A stretch of 13,072 nucleotides of DNA from a virus (lineage: Duplodnaviria; Heunggongvirae; Uroviricota; Caudoviricetes), in the IMG/VR virus record IMGVR_UViG_2671180405_000011; one strand, 5' to 3'. A program made the translations under genes and the position numbers. Below, one piece after another: positions 6,541 through 13,072 of the stretch; the first letter of the stretch is position 1; every line of letters starts with the position of its first letter. Under the pieces are notes generated by a model that made no database searches, was not told the DNA's origin, and saw nothing but the letters and a program-made list of their open reading frames with translations.

Positions 6541-9357
6541 TCAATCTTTATCGTAAAAACTGCCACGCCCGGCACGGGCGCGCCGTTCCATTTCTGCCCT
6601 GACCATTTCACCGACCAGTTTCGCCAGTTCGCGGGGATTCTGCGTAACAACGTTATGCAGATGAACATGAATTTCACCACCAAATCCGGAGGCAACAGGC
6701 TCCCGGTTACGGGAAGTTACAGGAACTGATGCCACTGGAGAGCGTATGGCCTCCGCCACCGGGCGGGAGCTGGCCGCAACAACAGGGACCAGCGCCGGAG
6801 GCAGCGGAGCCGGGACCACGGGTGTGATATTAATTGCGGGGGCAGGCTTACTGACCTGCGCAATCTTCCGCTCCTGCCACTCCCCACGAACAGCAAGTGC
6901 GCGGGGCAGGTTCTTAAAGACAATATCGCCGGGGCCAATGCGTTTTTTCGTCTCATCAACCAGCTTACCTGTGTTATCAGCAATTTTGCTGAGTCTGCGT
7001 AGCGTCCCGGTATTGCTGTCTGTGAGCGGTTTGTTGTCTTTGGGTTTATCACCTCCGGTGCCATTGCCATTTTCCACAGGCTTCGGCGGATTGATTTTCG
7101 CCAGGTCCCCCTGAAGCAAGGCAACCTTGTCCTGAAGAATGGCCGCACGCTGTGCGTCTTCGATTTTCTTGCGCGCCCTTTCCGCTTCATCCGGAAGGAC
7201 GCCAAGTTTTTCAAGTATCCACGCCAGCGTATCCAGTAGCATTTTTGCAGGTGTCAGAACAAGTTGTAACGCACCGCCAAGAACGTTACCGAATATCTCG
7301 CCAGCACTGGCACATTTATCCAGCGTTTCCTTGCTGGACTCCATCGGTGACAGCAGCGATTTAAACCAGTTAAAGACCTGAATAATCCCATCGCGCACGA
7401 CATCAAAAACAGGGCCAAACCGTTCAAAGGTTTCGCGCAACGGGGTCAGCCTTTCCATAATCCCGCTGAACACCCCGGCAAAAAATGCCCTGATGGGATC
7501 CCAGTATTTCCAGATAAGAACGGCAGCTCCGGCAAGCGCAGCCACGATAAGACTAACCGGACTGAACAGCGCCCCGATAGCGCCACCAAGTAAAGAAACG
7601 GAACCCGTCACCATTCCCCATAATGCAGGCAGAACCCTGACAACATTCATTGATTCGGTCAGGAGAGAAAAACCGAGACGCAACGTAGCCAGCTTCCCGT
7701 GAAGCACCCCAATAACCAGAGACAACGAACCAACCGTTGCTGTTGTCGCCAGCAGTGCGCCTCCCGCTATCAGTAACTGGCGCGTCAGTGCCGGGTGGGC
7801 CTGCGCCAGCGCCGTCACCTTTGAGACAACCCGCGTGAGCCACTGCGTGACAGAACGCAGCGGACCGTCAACCAGATCACTGATGCGAATACGCAGACCT
7901 TCCCATGCACTGCCGAGTGATTTCAGGTTGCCATCAAGGTTATTGGCCATAACCTTTGCCGTGCGTTCTGCCTCACCGCGCGCGCCTTCAAGTTCTTTTC
8001 TCAGTTTGGCTAAGAAGCCGTCACCTGCCGCATCAACGAGGCCCATAAATGATGTGAAAGCCTCTTCTCCGGCAATGTCCTTAAAGAACGATACCCGGTC
8101 AACCTCCCCGTATTTGCGGGTGGCTTTATAGAGATCGGCCAGCACATTCTCCATCGGGCGCATTTTGCCTTTGGCGTCAGCAACTGACACCCCCAGCTCT
8201 TTCAGTGCTTCTGCCGCTGCCTTTGGCGGTGATGACAGATTGGCCAGGCTTTTACGCAACGCTGTACCTGCATCACTCCCCCTGATACCCATCTTCGCCA
8301 GCACGCCCGCCATCGCTGCGGCCTGCTCCAGCGATATTCCCAGCTTACCCGCCACCGGACCTGCATATTTCATGGTTTCGCCCAGTGCGCGAAGGTCAGT
8401 GTTGGTACGGGTAAACGCTGCGGTAAGTGTGTCACCGACCCGGTCCATCTGGTCAGCAGAGAGGCCGAACTGCGTCAGGATATTGGAACCAATATCCGCC
8501 GTCTCGCCGAGGTCCATACCGCCAGCCGTTGCCATGCTCAGCACGCCGGGAAGCGCAGCCTGAATGGCCTGCGGTGTGAAACCAGCCATTGCAAGAAATG
8601 CCTGTCCACTGGCGGCATCGCCTGCGGTGAACTGCGTTTCAGAGCCAAGTTTTAACGCCTGCTCACGCAGCGCCTTAAACTGCGGGCTGTTTTTATCGAT
8701 TCGCGTCAGTGCCTGAACACGGGACATCTCTTTCCCGAACCCGATAGCGGGCTGCAAAAAACGCCCGGCAGCATAGCCGCCCGCTGCCGCCGCACCTGTT
8801 GCCAGCGCACCACCTGTTTTCAGTTTTCCCGCTGTTTCCTGCGCGCGTGAATACCGCTCACGCGCCTGCGTTACACGCGCAAGCGCCCGCCGTTCGCGTT
8901 CAAGCTGGTTGTTGTATTGTCCGGTGCGTCTGATGGCCTGCTGGATGGTGTTATCGCTGCCTGTCAGGGAAATGCCGTGGCGTTTCAGCTCTCCGCCAAG
9001 TTCCCGCATTTTCTGAATTTCCCGTGTGCGCGATTCATTCAGGCGTTCAAGCCGGGTGCTTAACTGCTGCATCAGCTTTTGTTGTTTTTCGCTGAGCACT
9101 GTACCCGTGCGTTGTAACTGATTAAGGGCGTTAAGCTGGCGTCGTGCTTTCACGATGCCCGCATCCGCTTTACTGACAGCGTCACGGGCGCGCTCAAATG
9201 AACGCGCCTGACGCTCGAGATTTTTGATCGCCCCCTGCGTTCGCTGGATGGAGTCACCAAACTGCCCCATCAGGCGGCGGGCGTTTTCGGCAGGCCGGGT
9301 CAGCCTGTCAACGGCGCTGAAAGCGACCCGGATATCAAGAGTCTTCATTGTCTGCAT
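6541..9357 (-). CDS. T: Tail tape measure protein (P2 gpT-like)
   Basis: About 940-aa ORF rich in Ala/Gly/Leu with coiled-coil N-terminal third and hydrophobic central segments. It sits between E/E' and U as in P2. The start is ambiguous (GTG 9384, ATG 9357 or ATG 9348). Confidence 0.85.
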   Translation of the reverse strand: MQTMKTLDIRVAFSAVDRLTRPAENARRLMGQFGDSIQRTQGAIKNLERQARSFERARDAVSKADAGIVKARRQLNALNQLQRTGTVLSEKQQKLMQQLSTRLERLNESRTREIQKMRELGGELKRHGISLTGSDNTIQQAIRRTGQYNNQLERERRALARVTQARERYSRAQETAGKLKTGGALATGAAAAGGYAAGRFLQPAIGFGKEMSRVQALTRIDKNSPQFKALREQALKLGSETQFTAGDAASGQAFLAMAGFTPQAIQAALPGVLSMATAGGMDLGETADIGSNILTQFGLSADQMDRVGDTLTAAFTRTNTDLRALGETMKYAGPVAGKLGISLEQAAAMAGVLAKMGIRGSDAGTALRKSLANLSSPPKAAAEALKELGVSVADAKGKMRPMENVLADLYKATRKYGEVDRVSFFKDIAGEEAFTSFMGLVDAAGDGFLAKLRKELEGARGEAERTAKVMANNLDGNLKSLGSAWEGLRIRISDLVDGPLRSVTQWLTRVVSKVTALAQAHPALTRQLLIAGGALLATTATVGSLSLVIGVLHGKLATLRLGFSLLTESMNVVRVLPALWGMVTGSVSLLGGAIGALFSPVSLIVAALAGAAVLIWKYWDPIRAFFAGVFSGIMERLTPLRETFERFGPVFDVVRDGIIQVFNWFKSLLSPMESSKETLDKCASAGEIFGNVLGGALQLVLTPAKMLLDTLAWILEKLGVLPDEAERARKKIEDAQRAAILQDKVALLQGDLAKINPPKPVENGNGTGGDKPKDNKPLTDSNTGTLRRLSKIADNTGKLVDETKKRIGPGDIVFKNLPRALAVRGEWQERKIAQVSKPAPAINITPVVPAPLPPALVPVVAASSRPVAEAIRSPVASVPVTSRNREPVASGFGGEIHVHLHNVVTQNPRELAKLVGEMVRAEMERRARAGRGSFYDKD

Positions 9358-9864
9358 TCCCGCTGCGAAGTGCCGCCCGCTCACGCCAGCTAACCACTTC
9401 GCCGGGCGTCATCATGAAGATTTCGGCGGGCGACCAGTTAAAAATGGCGGCAATATCCGCCACAAAGTCTTCTATGTGCTCAAAGCACACAACCGTGATC
9501 AGGCTTCCGTCGCCTGTTCGTTCTTCTCGCCAGAGTCCGCACCGCTCAAAAAATTTACGGCAACCACACATAACTGAATAAAGTCACGGGATGCCATTTT
9601 TTTGATCGTCACTTCATCCAGTCGCGGTGATGTCACGCGTGACAGCAGCGTAAACATGGATTCCGCTTTCAAATTCAGCACATCAGACAGCGACAAATCT
9701 CGCAGAGATCCAGCCTGCTCAATAGCCCCGGTGATCTCCACATACGTGATTTTTTCGCCGCCTCGCTCAATTGGTTGGGTAAGTTTTACGCCACGCTCAC
9801 TGGTTTCTTTCACAGTGTCAGCAACGACCGTGTTTTCGGTATCGATGTTTTTCGTCTCTTTCAT
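9335..9864 (-). CDS. E+E': gpE+E' fusion chaperone made by programmed -1 ribosomal frameshift
   Basis: Slippery heptamer T TTT TTG on the minus strand (plus coordinates 9547-9553) in the E frame (AAT TTT TTG). The -1 frame then stays open for about 70 codons (ERCGLWREERTGDG...NADNEDS*) to 9335, overlapping the start of T, as with P2 E/E' and lambda G/GT. Confidence 0.7.
9499..9864 (-). CDS. E: Tail assembly chaperone gpE (zero-frame product)
   Basis: ATG 9864 with strong SD AAAGGAG at 7-nt spacing; 121 aa ending ...ASRDFIQLCVVAVNFLSGADSGEKNEQATEA, between tube and tape measure genes. Confidence 0.8.
   Translation of the reverse strand: MKETKNIDTENTVVADTVKETSERGVKLTQPIERGGEKITYVEITGAIEQAGSLRDLSLSDVLNLKAESMFTLLSRVTSPRLDEVTIKKMASRDFIQLCVVAVNFLSGADSGEKNEQATEA
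9547..9553 (-). promoter_or_regulatory. Programmed -1 frameshift slippery site (T TTT TTG)
   Basis: Plus strand reads caaaaaa; its reverse complement TTTTTTG is in X XXY YYZ register in the E frame. Confidence 0.65.
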
Positions 9865-9918
9865 CAGGAAACTCCTTTCAGTCAGAGGCGACGCACTGCG
9901 CCGCCTGCATATTACTTA

Positions 9919-10431
9919 TCAGCCAAGCCCGAGCGCGGAACGGATGCGATCGGGCACAATGTCCCTGCCGTCCTTCCGGTAAATGAAGTTCAGCAGGTCA
10001 ATCTCCCACAACGGGCGATCGTTAACACTCAGCTTGTAGTAGGTGTTTTTAATGGCGTAAGTGTGTGATGTGGCTTCGCCCTGTTTGGCTTCCCCCATAT
10101 CAATTTCCGTCACACGTCCGCGCATTTCGACTTCATACAGGTCGCTTTCAGCGTCGGTGTAGTATTCACCCGCAAAACGCAGCAGCGTACCGTCAATCGT
10201 GCCGCCATACTTAAGGAACAGCTCACGAACTGCGCCCCCCATGACAAAGCTCGCATCAAGCGCGGAGTCATCCAGGCCGAGATCAATACTTACCGCTCCC
10301 ATCATGCCACCACCCCGGTAGCTGTCGGTTTTGCGCGTCAGCTTAGGCAGAGTGACGGACGTCACCTTACCCACTTCGTTTTCACCATCCACAAACAGCG
10401 TAAAAAAGCGAAGATGTTTTGGTACAGCCAT
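9919..10431 (-). CDS. FII: Tail tube protein (P2 FII family)
   Basis: 170 aa with VTLPKLTRK...YRGGGM...IDLGLDD...GTIDG..LRFAG...VEMRGR, matching recalled P2 FII. Its start ATG overlaps the FI stop (TGATG), and SD GGGAGG lies upstream. Confidence 0.9.
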   Translation of the reverse strand: MAVPKHLRFFTLFVDGENEVGKVTSVTLPKLTRKTDSYRGGGMMGAVSIDLGLDDSALDASFVMGGAVRELFLKYGGTIDGTLLRFAGEYYTDAESDLYEVEMRGRVTEIDMGEAKQGEATSHTYAIKNTYYKLSVNDRPLWEIDLLNFIYRKDGRDIVPDRIRSALGLG

Positions 10432-11615
10432 CAGGCACCTCCCAGCACCGCAAATGCGGGACCAAAGAATTCATCAGTAAACGACTGGTAAAGCTCCATG
10501 TCTTCCAGCGGGGGAACAGGCGTATATTTGTAGCGAATACGCACGCGCCCCTGACGTAAATTCGTGGTGCCGTTATCCACCACGTCATACCAGCACGACG
10601 CCCCAATCAGTTTCCCGGCAGTAACCAGTGAATCCAGTTTTGCCCTGATGGCACCGATAACATCCTTCACGTTCGCAGGCGTCAGTGGACTGTCGATGGT
10701 TTCAAACTGCGCTTCCGCAATTGAATCAGCCAGCACCTGTGCGGTTCGGGTATACACCTCAAAGATGTAGGCGTTCGTTTCCGGTGTGCGGTTGCCCCAG
10801 AAGCGGAACCCGTTGCGACGAATAATGGTCGTGATTTCTTTGTTGTTGAGGCTGTTGGCATCACTGTCTTCGGCCTGCAACGACCAGAACACATGCCTGG
10901 ACATCCCCAGCACATTTTTAACCGGAACGTTGGACAGCGATTTGTGCCAGCCCTGCTCATGGTCAATGTACGCACGAAGGCCGCACGCATAGGCAGGCGC
11001 GGGGAACGTTTCGTTTTTGCCACTTTTCGGGTTGTAGGCGATGAAGTCCGGCCATAAGAGCATCACCTCACGTTCGTTGAATTTCTGGCGGTAGGTAATT
11101 GCCTCAGCCATCGTGTTACAGTCATGACATGAGGCATACACAAACGCGCGCAGTTTACCCGCAATCACGCACAGGGATTTTGTCACCGCCTCCGTGTCCA
11201 GCTCCGGCGCGGCCAGAATACGCGGACGGTATCCGATGCTTTCATCCTGCTCTGCAACAAGCAGCGCATACATCCCCGTATAGCTGCCGTCAGATTCAGA
11301 ACCACCGATAACCAGTTGATCCTGCGTTTTTCCGTCTTCTTCTTTGTGTTCAGCCACGCGAACGACGATCACCTTTGTGCTCACCTGGTCTGCGATGGCC
11401 TTAAGCGCACGATAAAGCGTCCCCGTTGTTCCGCATTTTCCCAGCACGTCATTGACGCGGGGCAGCAGTGTGGGCTTGTTCAGCGGGAACAGCTCCGCGT
11501 CCGCATCATCCGCCGTTGCCACGATACCGATAACGCTGGAATCAACATCGTTAATCGCTGTTACCAGGTCGGTATTTTCCGTAACACGGGCACCATGAAA
11601 ACGAGTTTCACTCAT
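10431..11615 (-). CDS. FI: Contractile tail sheath protein (P2 FI family)
   Basis: 394 aa with ...DADAE.FPLNKP...KLRAF.Y...WPDF...GLRA.IDHEQGWHK.LSNV...IRR.GFRFWGNRT...NYTRTAQV.AD...YDYTPVPPLE, matching recalled P2 FI. SD AAGGGG upstream of ATG 11615. Confidence 0.9.
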   Translation of the reverse strand: MSETRFHGARVTENTDLVTAINDVDSSVIGIVATADDADAELFPLNKPTLLPRVNDVLGKCGTTGTLYRALKAIADQVSTKVIVVRVAEHKEEDGKTQDQLVIGGSESDGSYTGMYALLVAEQDESIGYRPRILAAPELDTEAVTKSLCVIAGKLRAFVYASCHDCNTMAEAITYRQKFNEREVMLLWPDFIAYNPKSGKNETFPAPAYACGLRAYIDHEQGWHKSLSNVPVKNVLGMSRHVFWSLQAEDSDANSLNNKEITTIIRRNGFRFWGNRTPETNAYIFEVYTRTAQVLADSIAEAQFETIDSPLTPANVKDVIGAIRAKLDSLVTAGKLIGASCWYDVVDNGTTNLRQGRVRIRYKYTPVPPLEDMELYQSFTDEFFGPAFAVLGGA

Positions 11616-11772
11616 AGCTTCAACCCCTTGTATCCGTTAAATGATTCGGCAACAATCATCACCCACCACGCGCGTAATCTCACCCCTGCGCCATTCTCCC
11701 GCCACGGCGACAACAAAAAGCAGTAACCCCCTCCGCACGCACATGCGACCATGCCACACAGGGAGGGAGCAG

Positions 11773-12882
11773 ATGACCGACACCACCATGCAATTGCTCA
11801 GTCAGGGCACAGACCCCGTGAAAATGCCGGATTTTGATATTCTCGCGGAGGGTAAAACGCTGTCAGGCGTGGCAGAGCGCCTGATGAGCCTGTCACTGAC
11901 CGACAACCGGGGATTTGAGGCGGACCAGCTCACCATCACGCTGGATGATGCGGATGGTCAGTTGCAGCTACCGCCACGGGGCGCGCGCCTGACGGTTCTC
12001 ATTGGCTGGAAGGGAGAACCGCTGACAGAAAAAGGCACTTACATTGTTGATGAAATCGCTCACGAAGGACCGCCGGACAGGCTGACTGTTTCAGCCAGAA
12101 GCGCAGATTTTCGGGCTGAATTTAACGTTAAACGTGAGGTGTCCTGGCATGATGTGACCGTTGAGCGTGTGGTATCCGCCATCGCTCATCGGTATGGTCT
12201 GAAACCGCAAATCAGCGAAATGCTGATGGATATCGAAATCGACCACGCCGACCAGACCGAAGAAAGCGACATGTCCTTCCTTACGCGCATGGCGGAAATG
12301 CTGGGCGCAATCACCACGGTAAAAAGCGGTAATCTGTTATTCATCATGCCCGGTGGTGGCGTGAACGCACAGGGCCAGCCGTTGCCCTCGTTCGCCATCA
12401 CACGCAGCAGCGGCGATCGCCATCAGTTCCGCATTGCTGACCGCGAAGCGTATACGGGGGTACGCGCTTACTGGCTTGATCTTAATTACGGGAAAAAGAA
12501 AAAAGTCAGCGTGAAACGCCGCAAACCGTCAAAACCAAAAAAGGAGAAAAGCAGCAGCCGGGAAGGCGACTATATGGAAGGTGCGGAAGGCAACGTGTTT
12601 GTGTTACGCAAAACTTATCAGAACGAGCAGGCAGCAAGACGTGCAGCGGCGGCAAAGTGGCAGCAGCTACAACGCGGAGCCGCATCATTCTCCATCACAC
12701 TGGCGCATGGACGTGCAGAACTCTACCCCGAAATGCATGGCACGGTAACAGGATTTAAAAGCGAGATTGATAATCAGGACTGGATTATTGCAAAAGCCGA
12801 GCACACCATTGATAACAGCGGCTTTACCACGCAGCTTGAGCTTGAGGCAAAAATCCCGGAATGGATAGCAGAAACAGAGTGA
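11773..12882 (+). CDS. D: Phage tail protein gpD (P2 late control gene D family)
   Basis: ATG 11773 preceded by SD gggagggag. The 369-aa product has a Lys-rich low-complexity stretch and a C-terminus ...DNSGFTTQLELEAKI, consistent with recalled gpD. The longer listed ORF from 11641 has no RBS and a low-complexity N-terminus. Confidence 0.8.
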   Translation: MTDTTMQLLSQGTDPVKMPDFDILAEGKTLSGVAERLMSLSLTDNRGFEADQLTITLDDADGQLQLPPRGARLTVLIGWKGEPLTEKGTYIVDEIAHEGPPDRLTVSARSADFRAEFNVKREVSWHDVTVERVVSAIAHRYGLKPQISEMLMDIEIDHADQTEESDMSFLTRMAEMLGAITTVKSGNLLFIMPGGGVNAQGQPLPSFAITRSSGDRHQFRIADREAYTGVRAYWLDLNYGKKKKVSVKRRKPSKPKKEKSSSREGDYMEGAEGNVFVLRKTYQNEQAARRAAAAKWQQLQRGAASFSITLAHGRAELYPEMHGTVTGFKSEIDNQDWIIAKAEHTIDNSGFTTQLELEAKIPEWIAETE

Positions 12883-13072
12883 GCAACTTAAATGTATTAA
12901 CTCAGAACGGATCAACACACTCACAACATAGAGTCAATATAGCTGCTCGCTTTGTTCCAGCAAGGATGCCTATTTCTAAGGAAAAACAGAGCAGAAACAT
13001 ATGGTGTTTTCCTACCTGACATCAGGGGTGGTAGACTGGCCCCCTGAATCTCCAGACAACCAGTATCACTTA

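Noticed and set aside
6126-8563. Numerous ORFs inside or antisense to gpU and the tape measure gene (6126-6350, 6478-6729, 6717-7214, 6746-7114, 7139-7381, 7152-7364, 7493-7702, 7553-7843, 7835-8131, 8165-8563)
   Set aside because: The tape measure gene is GC-rich and Ala/Gly/Leu-rich, which produces long spurious alternate-frame ORFs with Ser/Pro/Arg-rich low-complexity translations.
9224-11726. Alternate-frame and antisense ORFs over E, FII and FI (9224-9577, 9348-9581, 9602-9982, 9775-10068, 10382-10606, 10564-10770, 10682-11023, 10786-10992, 11099-11311, 11316-11726)
   Set aside because: They overlap confidently identified P2 tail genes. The one exception, 9335-9571, is not independent but is the E' frameshift extension.
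11641-11772. Longer start (ATG 11641) for gpD
   Set aside because: The extension has no RBS, is low-complexity (SPTTRVISPLRHSPATATT) and overlaps the divergent FI promoter region. ATG 11773 has a strong SD.
11616-11772. Ogr/Delta-type late promoter motif (TGT-N12-ACA) between FI and gpD
   Set aside because: No correctly spaced TGT-N12-ACA was found by eye on either strand, so I cannot support a specific promoter call.
12186-12924. Minus-strand ORFs antisense to gpD and its 3' flank (12186-12401, 12506-12688, 12685-12924)
   Set aside because: Antisense to a conserved tail gene, with no supporting signals.
1-13072. CRISPR array, tRNA or rRNA genes
   Set aside because: No short regularly spaced direct repeats and no RNA-gene-like structures were seen. 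The only large repeat is the 1.96-kb cassette duplication.

Overview
This window is a prophage tail region from an enterobacterial genome: a P2-like contractile-tail module joined to a Mu/P1/e14-type invertible tail-fibre host-range switch. Left to right: the C-terminal end of a tail-fibre variable domain (+), a tail-fibre assembly chaperone (+), then on the minus strand an alternative chaperone and alternative fibre C-terminal segment, a gix/hix-like crossover site, and a decayed serine-invertase remnant. An AT-rich insert carrying a 5'-truncated SAM-dependent methyltransferase follows. After it comes a second, apparently identical copy of the right half of the invertible cassette (about 1.96 kb), ending in an intact Gin/Pin/Hin/Cin-family invertase gene. 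Downstream, the P2 tail operon (FI sheath, FII tube, E/E' frameshifted chaperone, T tape measure, U) lies on the minus strand, convergent with the invertase, and gpD is transcribed divergently on the plus strand. No rRNA, tRNA or CRISPR array was seen. The most notable observations are the duplicated half-cassette with two crossover sites in direct orientation, the methyltransferase-bearing insertion between the copies, and the inverted FI-to-U block relative to canonical P2 gene order. All protein-family calls rest on recalled similarity and motifs, not on database searches.
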